Shown: in pieces, positions 37,977 through 47,274 of the stretch
Position numbering within the stretch: position 1 is the first letter of the stretch
Layout of the letters: each line of letters opens with the position of its first letter
DNA from: Leptonemataceae bacterium
Lineage (GTDB): Bacteria; Spirochaetota; Leptospiria; Leptospirales; Leptonemataceae
Direction: 5' to 3'
Assembly: GCA_965227295.1 (NCBI GenBank)
Contig: OZ245742.1
Coordinates: 3,904,001-3,968,000, forward strand
DNA length: 64,000 nt
Position numbers and translations under genes: made by a program
The notes under the pieces: model-generated
Databases searched by the model: none
What the model saw: the letters and a program-made list of their open reading frames with translations, nothing else
What the model was told of the DNA's origin: nothing

Positions 37977-38708
37977 GAAGACGCCGTTCCGGTGCGCGCC
38001 CCACATTTCCCCGGCACAACCTCCGTGGGTGGGGAACAACTGCCGCGGCCACGACAAGCGTGGCCTTGCCCCTGGAACAACCGCGGCGTTTGCCGTGAGA
38101 CACATAAAGTAAGCTGCGCATTGGTGAAGGGCCTTTTTTTGCTACGGCGAAGCGGGAGTTGTGGTAATTCGTTTTGCAAAGAATGCTGCGTTCGACCCGG
38201 ACGTCGGTTTGCGACTCAGCTACCGTCGCGTTTCTTACGGCGAAGACGCCGTTCCGGTGCGCTCTACCACGTTCCCCGGCATGACCTCCGTTCATCTGCT
38301 GGAACCAGCCGTAGCCATATCAGGCTTAATTTACGCTGGCCTTAACTTACACCACGATTCGGGGCGTAATCGAACGAACAAAACGTTTCCGGTAGTTCAA
38401 GAGCTGTGCCCCGCGGCGGTTGCCGTAAAAATAAGGAAGTAAGTTGCGCAATGTTGAAGGGCCTTTTTTTGCTACGGCGAAGCGGGAGTTGTGGTAATTC
38501 GTTTTGCAAAGAATGCTGCGTTCGACCCGGACGTCGGTTTGCGACTCAGCTACCGTCGCGTTTCTTACGGCGAAGACGCCGTTCCGGTGCGCTTTACCAC
38601 GTTCCCCGGCATGACCTCCGTTCATCTGCTGGAACCAGCCGTAACCATATCAGGCTTAATGTACGCTGGCCTTAACTTACACCACGATTCGGGGCGTACT
38701 CGAACGAA
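37977..38708 (-). repeat. ~330 bp unit, locus 3 (~1.9 tandem copies plus a degenerate fragment)
   Basis: Reverse complement of the locus 1/2 unit; GCCTTTTTTTGCTACGGCG at 38131 and 38461 (period exactly 330); fragment at 37977-38027. Confidence 0.95.
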
Positions 38709-38722
38709 TCGAACAGTTGTTG

Positions 38723-39223
38723 CTAAAACAGCTTCGTCGCGTCGCCGTGTTCAAGATGGACTTTGCGTTGTTCGTCCGGGAGCACCAGGAAGTACTCGTC
38801 GTTGTCGTCCACGTGCAGGTACTCGACCAGGGAGGCCATGGCGGGGCCGGTGAGGCGGGCCGGGACGTCTCGTTCCGGAATGATGACAGCGAGCAGATCG
38901 TCGCCGTAAATGCGCAGAGAGTTCCCCGGGACGCGCAGGGTTTCGCCGGAGTCGAGGACGAGGCGCAGACGTACTCCGCCGGGGTCGTCCGGATCGGCTT
39001 CCGGGTAGGCCGCGGTTATGAAGAGCGGAAAACCCTCGACACGATCCAGGTAGCCGTGTTCTAAAAGTTCGCCGAAGCGATTGATGATGTAGTAGCCGTC
39101 GCCGTCCTGGCGGAGGTTCTGTTTGAAGTACGTGAGCACGCCTTCCTGGAAGATTTCGTTCTCACGAAAGAACCAGCGGCCGTCGGCGGCGATGGTGATT
39201 CCGGGTCGTGTGGTGCGGGCCAT
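38723..39223 (-). CDS. DUF1285-like hypothetical protein
   Basis: ITIAADGRWFF.ENEI...VL.YF..NL..DGDGYYI pattern. Confidence 0.7.
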   Translation of the reverse strand: MARTTRPGITIAADGRWFFRENEIFQEGVLTYFKQNLRQDGDGYYIINRFGELLEHGYLDRVEGFPLFITAAYPEADPDDPGGVRLRLVLDSGETLRVPGNSLRIYGDDLLAVIIPERDVPARLTGPAMASLVEYLHVDDNDEYFLVLPDEQRKVHLEHGDATKLF

Positions 39224-39639
39224 CAGGGATCAGTATAGTTATAAAGGATTACGGTTACCACCCCGGATTCGAGAGTGAGATTGCCCGTCTCCACGTACTG
39301 GTTCGCGTCGGTGGGGGATCCGGTGATGAGCGTGTTCGTGGTGAAGTCCCGGGCCGTGACCCAGGCGCCCTCGGCCCCCCGGCGCCGCGCCTCGCCGCGC
39401 AGATAGCGGCGGAAGTTTTCGTTTTGCAGGTCGGCGGACGGATCCCGGACGATCAGAGTCCCCAGGCGTTCGTAGGGGCGTGACGGCGGGCGGACGCGGA
39501 TTTCCACTTCTTCGACGTCGGCGCGCCGGAGATTGGGATAGTCGTCCTCGGGATAAAACTCCGCGGAGTAACAGCCGCCGAGGAACAACGTGATGAAAAT
39601 CGCGACAGTAATGTGTGATTGCGTGAAATTTACTTTCAT
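39223..39639 (-). CDS. Putative lipoprotein
   Basis: MKVNFT...LFLGGC lipobox; P.RPYE.LG and EARRRGAEG pattern of small YbjQ-like lipoproteins; start at the ATG at 39639. Confidence 0.75.
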   Translation of the reverse strand: MKVNFTQSHITVAIFITLFLGGCYSAEFYPEDDYPNLRRADVEEVEIRVRPPSRPYERLGTLIVRDPSADLQNENFRRYLRGEARRRGAEGAWVTARDFTTNTLITGSPTDANQYVETGNLTLESGVVTVILYNYTDP

Positions 39640-39671
39640 TTTCCCGGCCGCACCGTGAAGTCTGTAGTGGC

Positions 39672-39986
39672 ATGGATTCCAAACAAGATCGGAGCAACAC
39701 CGGAACCACATCTCAGGCGGGCGGAGCCGCTCCCGGGGGGGACGCCTCCGGAGCATTCGAGTACTGGAAGGCCGTGGTCCCCATGATCGCGGACCTGATT
39801 CCTCTGTTCTTCGATAAGTGGGCGGAAGTCAATCACCGGGCGACGTTTCAGGATCTGGAGCGGGACCAACAGCGCCTGGCGCGGCGCCTCGGCCGTCTGG
39901 CCGGCCGCATGCGTTGGTACCAGACCGCGTTTTTCCTGTTGCTGCTCTGGAATATAGTTTTGACCGTATTCCTGATCATCAAGTAA
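39672..39986 (+). CDS. Small hypothetical protein with a C-terminal TM helix
   Basis: 104 aa; coiled-coil segment then a hydrophobic C-terminus. Confidence 0.65.
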   Translation: MDSKQDRSNTGTTSQAGGAAPGGDASGAFEYWKAVVPMIADLIPLFFDKWAEVNHRATFQDLERDQQRLARRLGRLAGRMRWYQTAFFLLLLWNIVLTVFLIIK

Positions 39987-40003
39987 ATTCAACGCCTGCC
40001 GGT

Positions 40004-40681
40004 ATGGATAAAGATCCGCAAAAAAAAGAAAACCCGCTCCGCATCGGCGTCTGCAATCTTGACGAACTCGAAGAGAAGGTCAAGGCCTTCCGGATCATGA
40101 ACCAGTCGGCGCTGAAGAAACGCTACATTCTCTCCCGGGAAGTCGTCACCGCCCCGGGCGGCAGCATCCTCCTGTCCAAGTCCGCGGAAATCGACATCTC
40201 CCGGGCCAAGCTCCTCCGCCGGCACTTCGGCAGCGACGACGCGTTCAAGACGTTCCAGCCGGACGAGGGCATCGTAATCATCTCGGACATGTCGAGCCCC
40301 GAGGGCATTTCGTTGTCGATGGACATCGTCACTCAAATCATGAACATCGGCGGCGGGGCCTACGAGGGTTTCATCGATCGCGTGGACAGCTTCACCGATT
40401 TTTTGAATCTCTTAAAGAAGGCCCTGTTTCCGAAGCTGCTCATCATCGGCTACATTCCCCCCGAGCGTCTGGAGATGGAAAAGATCAACTTCGTGCGCGC
40501 CAAACGCGTCGATCACTACGTCCGCGCCATCGAGCTCACCCACAGCACCACGAAGACCCAGCCGTACTTCCCGAAAATCAAGCAGGTGCACATCGACACG
40601 GGCGACGCGAAGTCCTGGGGGCGATTCATCATCGAGATCGTGCGCGAGTATACGAAGCCGTACTTCGTTGAGGACTTTTAG
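40004..40681 (+). CDS. Hypothetical protein
   Basis: 225 aa from the ATG at 40004; strong host codon bias; no function recognised. Confidence 0.8.
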   Translation: MDKDPQKKENPLRIGVCNLDELEEKVKAFRIMNQSALKKRYILSREVVTAPGGSILLSKSAEIDISRAKLLRRHFGSDDAFKTFQPDEGIVIISDMSSPEGISLSMDIVTQIMNIGGGAYEGFIDRVDSFTDFLNLLKKALFPKLLIIGYIPPERLEMEKINFVRAKRVDHYVRAIELTHSTTKTQPYFPKIKQVHIDTGDAKSWGRFIIEIVREYTKPYFVEDF

Positions 40682-40700
40682 GAAATCGAGGCAATAGATA

Positions 40701-40744
40701 ACTCCGAGGATCGAGGAGCCGAAACGGTGCCTCGGTCCTCGGAG
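40701..40744. repeat. CCGAGG-type inverted pair forming a hairpin
   Basis: CTCCGAGGATCGAGG...CCTCGGTCCTCGGAG. Confidence 0.65.
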
Positions 40745-40822
40745 TCCATCCTCTTAAAAACGCCCGGATCGATCTACAGGCGTCTAAAGCATTTCCTCGA
40801 ACGGCCGATTTTGTATAGTATC

Positions 40823-41599
40823 ATGACCCGCACCGCTTTCATGCTCCTCACCGCCCTTGCGATGGCCGGCGCGTTGTTCGCCGGGGAGGCCGACGATCTC
40901 TACAAGACCGCCCTGGAACAGGACGATGCCCGGGCACTACAGACGCTCTTTCGGGCGCGCAAGCTGGCACCGAAAGACGCGCGCATTCATTATCGCATCG
41001 GTTATCTGTATCACAAGATGAACCGCCGGCCCGAGGCGCGGCAGTCCTACGAAGAGACCATCGCCCTGAAACCGTGTCACACCCGCGCGTTGAACAACGT
41101 CGGGAACATCCTCTACGATCAGGGCGAACGCGAGCGAGCCGTGGCGGTGTATCGTCAGGCGATTCAGTGCGACGCCGACTTCTTTTCCGCGCACTATAAT
41201 CTTGCGAACCTCTACCGGAAAGAGGACAAACTCCAGGATGCGGAGCGGCACTATCTCAAGGCCATCTCATCGCACTCCGACCATTACCGCAGCCATCACA
41301 ACCTGGGTTTGATTTATTTGCGCCGTGCGAAGGATCATCTCGACGACGGGGCGAGTCCCGAAGAGGTCCGGAAGAACGAGGACTTTCGAAAAGCGCTCCA
41401 GCACTTCGATCGGGCGTGCAAACTGAATGTGCGTGACCCCTTGAACTTCTACAATCGCGGCCGGGCCCACGCGTTGGCCCAGGATTACCAGCGCGCGGTC
41501 TCCGACTACAAGCGGTCACTGTCGTTGATCAAACGCGAATCGGCGTTCAAAAACCGCCTGCGCAAAAAGATCCAGGTCCTGGAAGTGAAGGGTCGCTAA
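40823..41599 (+). CDS. Secreted tetratricopeptide repeat protein
   Basis: Signal peptide; several TPRs (ALNNVGNIL, AHYNLANLY, SHHNLGLIY, FYNRGRAH). Confidence 0.9.
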   Translation: MTRTAFMLLTALAMAGALFAGEADDLYKTALEQDDARALQTLFRARKLAPKDARIHYRIGYLYHKMNRRPEARQSYEETIALKPCHTRALNNVGNILYDQGERERAVAVYRQAIQCDADFFSAHYNLANLYRKEDKLQDAERHYLKAISSHSDHYRSHHNLGLIYLRRAKDHLDDGASPEEVRKNEDFRKALQHFDRACKLNVRDPLNFYNRGRAHALAQDYQRAVSDYKRSLSLIKRESAFKNRLRKKIQVLEVKGR

Positions 41600-44079
41600 A
41601 CCTTATAAAACTCGACGTTGCCGGCCAGTTCTTTCGGTAGGTCCTCGCCGTATTTGCGGTACTTGACTTCGAGTTCTTTCAACTTGCGGTTGCGGATGTT
41701 CTTGAAGCGGTTGTGAATGTCGGCGTAGGCCGGCTGCGACGCGATTTCGTCGCGGATCTTCTTCGCGAAGGGCACGTGCCGGTAAAAGATTTGCCGGGCC
41801 ACCTTGTTTAGCTTCAGGACACCCTCGGCCTCGTATTTGATCCACGAGATGTAGTCGTTCGTAAAGCGGTCGCGGTCCGTGCGGAAACGTTTGAATTCCG
41901 AGGACAGCTTCTCTTTGATTTCGGGGCTCAGGTCGCGATTCTTTTTGTAGAATTGTACGTAGTCCGTATAATCCGCCGTGATCGACGGCTGGGAGACGTT
42001 GTTCCAGTCGGCGCCCATGATCGTTTTCGTAAGTTCCCAGCGAAAGGCCGCCGTGGCCTCGAGGAGTAGCGTTAGAAGATCGGCCGTGGCGAACGTCGGT
42101 ACGATGATACGTCCGCGCGAGGACTTGGAGCGGGTGGAGGTGTCCTGCCACATCATTACTTTTGTGCCGATGCTGGGTATGATGATGAAGTTCGGGATGA
42201 CGCGCATCTGCACGAACTCTTTCAAGATGCCGCGTTCTTCGTCGTTGATCAACACCTCGCGGTGGTAAGCCGAAAAGTCGACGCTGAGCAGGTTGTCGAT
42301 CTCGTCGCTCAAACGTTCCGCCGTTACGAAGGCCTTTTCCAGCGGCATGGTGATTTGATAGCGCGTTAGAATGGGGAAGGCCGACGTCGGCTGACCGGAC
42401 GTGAGACGCGTGTTGACCTCGAGGAAGTTCTGGATTTCGTAGCGGATGCGCTTCTCCGGCGTGTTCATCTCGTCCGGTAGATCGGACTCGCGTTTCCAGC
42501 CGGCGCTCTTGTTTTCGCCCTTGAGTTTTTCGAAGTAGGTGAGGCCCATCTCGTCGACACTGGGCGGCTCTTCTCTCCGGCCGACGAGCTCCAACCAGTC
42601 AATGACGTTGTGCACCGGATGATTGGCCCGGGTGGTATCCTCGGCATTGTAGAGATAGGCGAGGTGTTCGTCGTCGAGCAAATCCTCGTCGAAGAAACCG
42701 AAATAGAGCATGAGCTTCACGGCCTGGGGCACCTGGCCTTTCGTCTCTTGAAACTTGAAGAAGGCCTTCTCGTAAGTCTTCCAGTAGATTTGCCCGATTT
42801 GCCGGCGGAGCTTGCGCGGATCGCCGCCGGAGTCCATGGGGTTCTGCATCGCCTTGAACTTCTTGAGCATGTCGACGATGCTCTTGGTTTCTTCGGCGGG
42901 CATCTGCAAAAACGACATGATCTTGCCCGGCGAACCGTGCAGATCCTTGCGAATGGCTTCGATGTCCACGCCCACGGATTCGACGTGCTGTTTTTTCTCT
43001 TCGACTTTCTGCACGTCCTGGTTGGTGTTCAGGAAGGTGTCGATCTTTTCGAGAGACGGATGCACGTCCGGATACTGGATGCCCTGGAGCTGCCGGTAGT
43101 TCTTTACGAACGTGTCGATGGAGTGATGCACGTACTTCAGAATGGCCGTGAACTCTTCCAGGGGCACGCTGGTGAAGCCGGAGTTGAGCAGATCGGAGAG
43201 CAGATAGAACTTTTCGGCGTAGCAGTAGTCGCCGGACACCAGGGATTCCATGGCGACGTCGACACTTTCCTGGAGGGCGTAGACCTCGCCGGAACCCTGA
43301 ATGACGAAGCCGGCGAGTTTCTTCGCCATGCCCTCGAGGATTTTAACATCGGCCTTAAACATCGCTCCCTGGATGTTAACGGGCAGGCCGAGCAGGCGGC
43401 GTTGAAAATTAAAGTCGTCCAGGTGGAAGGCGGAGTCGAACTCGTAGCTTTTTTTGAGGATGCTCGAGTGATCGCCCTGGAGCCAGATTTGATTGATGGG
43501 TTCCGGGATTTGCCCGCCGTTTTGCTGGAACTCCGAGACCACGACCTTAGCCGTGGAGACCACCGGGTCGATGACGGCGTCGGTGGGCGGCGGCGCGTCG
43601 TCGTCGGCGGGCCCGGCCTCGAAGGGCTGCGGGTTACACTTAAAGTAGGCCACGGCCAGGTTGTCGATGGTCTTCAGTAGATTTGCGAGATAGCCGGAGT
43701 GGTTCTTCACGGCGTGCTGGATGGCCATGGTCTCGTTCATGAGCGAGCGCACGGCCATCATGCCGACGTTCAGTTTGCCCAGGATGAGCTGGGTGAACTG
43801 GCCGCCCTTTGGAATGGGAAACGCGCTGATGACGCAGTCCGTGGCGGTGATGTAATGACAGGGATACTCCTCGCCGGATACGAGGGAGGCGAAGCCGGGG
43901 ACGCTGTTCGGCCCCAGCTTGTACATGCGGCGCTTGCCCTGGGAGTAGTAACGATTGAGGGCGAAGATCTCGCCCTTGTGCAGGATGGTCAGCATTCCCG
44001 CAGGCTGACCCGCTTCAAAGAGCACGGTCCCGGCGGGGACCTGTTGTTGCTGAAGCGGTTTCGAGGTATCGAGGGCCAC
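41596..44079 (-). CDS. Large cyclic nucleotide-binding domain protein (spirochete type)
   Basis: N-terminal VPAGTVLFEAG...ILHKGEI cNMP-like fold followed by a long helical region; start probably the GTG at 44079 (ORF track gives 44109). Confidence 0.8.
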   Translation of the reverse strand: MALDTSKPLQQQQVPAGTVLFEAGQPAGMLTILHKGEIFALNRYYSQGKRRMYKLGPNSVPGFASLVSGEEYPCHYITATDCVISAFPIPKGGQFTQLILGKLNVGMMAVRSLMNETMAIQHAVKNHSGYLANLLKTIDNLAVAYFKCNPQPFEAGPADDDAPPPTDAVIDPVVSTAKVVVSEFQQNGGQIPEPINQIWLQGDHSSILKKSYEFDSAFHLDDFNFQRRLLGLPVNIQGAMFKADVKILEGMAKKLAGFVIQGSGEVYALQESVDVAMESLVSGDYCYAEKFYLLSDLLNSGFTSVPLEEFTAILKYVHHSIDTFVKNYRQLQGIQYPDVHPSLEKIDTFLNTNQDVQKVEEKKQHVESVGVDIEAIRKDLHGSPGKIMSFLQMPAEETKSIVDMLKKFKAMQNPMDSGGDPRKLRRQIGQIYWKTYEKAFFKFQETKGQVPQAVKLMLYFGFFDEDLLDDEHLAYLYNAEDTTRANHPVHNVIDWLELVGRREEPPSVDEMGLTYFEKLKGENKSAGWKRESDLPDEMNTPEKRIRYEIQNFLEVNTRLTSGQPTSAFPILTRYQITMPLEKAFVTAERLSDEIDNLLSVDFSAYHREVLINDEERGILKEFVQMRVIPNFIIIPSIGTKVMMWQDTSTRSKSSRGRIIVPTFATADLLTLLLEATAAFRWELTKTIMGADWNNVSQPSITADYTDYVQFYKKNRDLSPEIKEKLSSEFKRFRTDRDRFTNDYISWIKYEAEGVLKLNKVARQIFYRHVPFAKKIRDEIASQPAYADIHNRFKNIRNRKLKELEVKYRKYGEDLPKELAGNVEFYKV

Positions 44080-44191
44080 TGCCACAACCATCCACCTTGC
44101 CGGGGCCATCGGTAAAGCAAAATTCCCCGAACAAAGCTCTTACACTTACGCATCCCTGACGCGAATAGAAATGCCTTCCGGTTTTGGGAAA

Positions 44192-44908
44192 TTACTGCGG
44201 CTTCCACGGACCGTCCCCGCGGGTTCCGAAGAGGGCCGTGCCGATGCGGATCATCGTTGAGCCTTCTGCGACGGCAAGCTCCCAATCCCCCGACATGCCC
44301 ATGCTGAGTTCGCCGTCCGGCAGAATCTCGTCGCGCAGTTCGCGCAGTTGATGGAAGACCTCGCGCGTCCGGCCGGCGTCCTGGCTTTCGGGACCCATCG
44401 CCATAAAGCCGCGGAAGATCATTGCGTCGTCGCCGGGAAATCCATCGGCGTTACGCACTTCCTCGATGGACATGCCGCCGGCTTTGCTTGCCTCGCCGGT
44501 GAGATCCACCTGGATGAGATAGCGCAGGGGCATGAAGTTCGCGTCGCCGTCATCATCCGCATACTTGCGCACGGCCTTGTGCAAACTCTTCAGTGCGCTC
44601 CAGGATGAAGCCCCGTGGACCCAGTGGAAGAGACCAGGGATCTGCCGGGCCGCGCCGGATTGTAACGGGCCGATGTGATGATAGACGGGAAGGGCGTCTG
44701 TGTTTAGAGCGGACACATCCACCAGCGGGAACTTGTCCCGCGCCTCGTTCTGGCGATTCTCGCCGAAGTCCCGCAGACCGGCGTCCAGCATCTCCCGGAT
44801 GCGCTCCGGGCCGTGGGTCTTCGAGACGGCGATGATGCGGACACCGGGACGGCCGAGTTCTAACAGCCGCTCCCGGATGGAAGCGATGCGCTCGCGGGGA
44901 GAGGACAC
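44192..44908 (-). CDS. yggS: YggS family pyridoxal phosphate homeostasis protein
   Basis: IIAVSKT, FGENR..E, HHIG.LQS and LSMGMSGDWE.A..EGSTMIRIGTALFG motifs; start probably the GTG at 44908. Confidence 0.93.
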   Translation of the reverse strand: MSSPRERIASIRERLLELGRPGVRIIAVSKTHGPERIREMLDAGLRDFGENRQNEARDKFPLVDVSALNTDALPVYHHIGPLQSGAARQIPGLFHWVHGASSWSALKSLHKAVRKYADDDGDANFMPLRYLIQVDLTGEASKAGGMSIEEVRNADGFPGDDAMIFRGFMAMGPESQDAGRTREVFHQLRELRDEILPDGELSMGMSGDWELAVAEGSTMIRIGTALFGTRGDGPWKPQ

Positions 44909-44915
44909 CGGGGGA

Positions 44916-45443
44916 TCAGGAGCGGGTGAGATGGGCGACTCGTGCCGGATCGAGCTGCTTGACGCCACCCTGTTCCAGCAGGCGCGCCGCATCGACGCTG
45001 TCCGCGGACGGACCGTTGAAGTTCAGTGCGTAGAGGTTTTCCATTTCGACCTGGACGCTCTTGAGCGAACGCATGAGATGCTCCATGCGATCGGCCGTGG
45101 CCTTGCTGAGTGCATCCAGGTTCGGTTTCTGTCCGTCCTGGAGCTCCGGGAAGAGGGGTTCCTCGCCGAAACGCAATGCAGCGCTGATCTGCTCCGGGTT
45201 GCGGTTGAGATACTCGCTGCGGCTCTGCTCGCGGGAGTACTCGCGCTGCACGCCGCTGAGATCGGCCTGGAGCTTCAGCAGCCGGGATTCCAGCGAGGAC
45301 TGGGACAGACCCTCCGCGGAGTTCGTGGACCCGGCCTTTGCGCCGACGCCGACCCCGTCCCCGGCGGAACGCTGGTTTTCCTGGCGCCGTTCTTTGATGA
45401 TGTTTTCTGCGGAATTGAGGAGTGCTTTGCCTGAGATTTGCAT
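44916..45443 (-). CDS. Coiled-coil hypothetical protein upstream of yggS
   Basis: 175 aa from the ATG at 45443; heptad-rich; C-terminal LDPARVAHL. Confidence 0.75.
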   Translation of the reverse strand: MQISGKALLNSAENIIKERRQENQRSAGDGVGVGAKAGSTNSAEGLSQSSLESRLLKLQADLSGVQREYSREQSRSEYLNRNPEQISAALRFGEEPLFPELQDGQKPNLDALSKATADRMEHLMRSLKSVQVEMENLYALNFNGPSADSVDAARLLEQGGVKQLDPARVAHLTRS

Positions 45444-45523
45444 GGTTCTGGACCTGCTCGTATGATTTATGTCACCAATTACAATTGCAATCAAAATCGT
45501 GAAGACCTGAGTCCTCTATAGGT

Positions 45524-45551
45524 CTATCGACGAGTCTCCGGAGATTTTTGA
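45524..45551 (-). promoter_or_regulatory. Candidate sigma-28 (FliA) promoter
   Basis: Minus strand TCAAA-N15-GTCGATAG versus the consensus TAAA-N15-GCCGATAA; about 80 bp upstream of the ATG at 45443. Confidence 0.5.
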
Positions 45552-45666
45552 CTGTTTTTCCTGAACATCGCCGCGTTTTTCGGATTTTTTTTGGCGTCCC
45601 ATTACGGCCGGGACCGAAGAAAAGGCTTTACACGGCCCGTACCGTGGCGCGACATATTCCGGAATT

Positions 45667-46656
45667 ATGGACCGTGCGCGCCTCGTTACCGCCCTCGCTC
45701 TCGTCTTTTCCATGTTTTCCGTTATCCTGGGCATCGCCAACATCGGCGTGCGGAGTTCGGACTCACCGTTCGTGAGTGACACGGAGAGCTTTCTCAGCTC
45801 CGGCACGGCCGGCATCGCGCTCATTGAGGTGCACGGCGCCATTCGCAACGGCTACGGCTCGAACGGGGCGGACTCCATCGTGAAGCTGCTCGACGCGGCG
45901 AAGACAAACTCTTCGGTCCGCGGCATTCTCCTGGACGTGAACAGCCCTGGCGGGGCCGTGGGGGCCACGAAGAAGATCTACGACAAGGTCATGGACGTGC
46001 GCCTGGTGAAGCCGGTCGTCGCCGTGGTGACGGACGTCGCAGCGAGCGGCGGCTATTACGTCGCGAGCGCTGCGGATCAGATCTTCGCCTACGAGGGCAG
46101 CATTCTGGGCAGCATCGGCGTGATCATGCTGCGCCCGGACGTCTCGGATTTTCTCGCGAGCTACGGCGTCCGCATCGAGCCCATCACCGCCGGCCGTTTC
46201 AAGGATATGTCGTATCCGTTCCGTCGGCTCACGGACGAAGAGCGCCGCATGTACGACGACATGATCGAGGCGGCCTACCAGCAGTTTCTGGAAGATGTTT
46301 CCAAAGGGCGCAAGCAGGGCAAGGACACCGTCGAGAAGTGGGCCGAGGGCCGGGTCTTCTCCGGTAAGTACGCGAAGTCCCAGCAAATCATCGACGACAT
46401 CGGCGGACGGGCCGAGGCCGTAGCTGCTATTAAAATCATGTTAAAAACGAACGAGGACCTGCCGCTGCTCGAACCGCCGCGCACGTTCTTCGAAGAGCTG
46501 TTCTTCAGCTACGATGCTTCGTTCGGAAGCCGCGGGGGCGGGGCCGGTGCCCGCTACGAGGACCTGCTGAGCGCGCCGGTGCTGTATCTGTATCCGGACG
46601 GTGCGGGTATGCTGCTCGACCTGCTCGAAGTGAGCGCGGTCGGCGCAAAACGATAG
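45667..46656 (+). CDS. sppA: Signal peptide peptidase SppA (S49)
   Basis: VNSPGG, AASGGYYVASAAD, GSIGV and GRFKD motifs; N-terminal TM helix. Confidence 0.93.
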   Translation: MDRARLVTALALVFSMFSVILGIANIGVRSSDSPFVSDTESFLSSGTAGIALIEVHGAIRNGYGSNGADSIVKLLDAAKTNSSVRGILLDVNSPGGAVGATKKIYDKVMDVRLVKPVVAVVTDVAASGGYYVASAADQIFAYEGSILGSIGVIMLRPDVSDFLASYGVRIEPITAGRFKDMSYPFRRLTDEERRMYDDMIEAAYQQFLEDVSKGRKQGKDTVEKWAEGRVFSGKYAKSQQIIDDIGGRAEAVAAIKIMLKTNEDLPLLEPPRTFFEELFFSYDASFGSRGGGAGARYEDLLSAPVLYLYPDGAGMLLDLLEVSAVGAKR

Positions 46657-46677
46657 GCGATAGCCCCGGCGAAGATC

Positions 46678-47274
46678 ATGCGCGAAGCCGTTCTCAATTT
46701 TCTGACCCTCTGCCACATGGCGCTCCAATCCCCCGGCGAACTTTCGACCGGCCTTGAGCGCACACCCCGGCGGACTCCGATTCTGGGGACGGTTCTGTTG
46801 CTGTCATCGCTCAGTACGGCGACGGGCATGTTCTACATCCGCGATTACTACCACTCCACGTTCTTCGCGGCCATTTTCTTTCTGACGCTGGTGCACATCG
46901 GCATTGCGGTGTTGTGGTCCGTGTTGCTCGGTTGCGTGATCGACGCTCTGGTTTCCCTGCGCAGCGCCGAGCGTGCGGGCAAGGCCTGGAACACCGCCGG
47001 TATGTTGATCATGTCGACTCTGCCGAACATTTTTCTGATCGCGTTTGCCGTGCCGGCCCGCCTGCTGCGGAACCCGGAGCTACTGCTGGTGCCCGCGCAA
47101 CTTTTGTTGATGGTCTGGGCCGTGTGGATCGCCGTGCAGGGCATCATCTATCAGTACGAGCTCACGGTCCGTAACGCGGTGCTGATCTACCTGCGTTCGT
47201 TGGGCATCGTGCTCGTGTTTCCGTTTTTGTTTTTTCTGTTCATTACCCTGGAACTCACGGGGTTAATGCAGTAA
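46678..47274 (+). CDS. Yip1-like five-TM membrane protein
   Basis: 198 aa with five hydrophobic segments; lies between sppA and surE. Confidence 0.7.
   Translation: MREAVLNFLTLCHMALQSPGELSTGLERTPRRTPILGTVLLLSSLSTATGMFYIRDYYHSTFFAAIFFLTLVHIGIAVLWSVLLGCVIDALVSLRSAERAGKAWNTAGMLIMSTLPNIFLIAFAVPARLLRNPELLLVPAQLLLMVWAVWIAVQGIIYQYELTVRNAVLIYLRSLGIVLVFPFLFFLFITLELTGLMQ

Noticed and set aside
38161..38853. Short ORFs within the 330-bp repeats (also 252-494, 274-537, 652-861, 923-1129, 31855-32400)
   Set aside because: Unit lengths of 329, 326 and 332 break the frame, and the four substitutions I checked between the locus 3 copies are all non-synonymous in the longest frame, so a coding role is unlikely.
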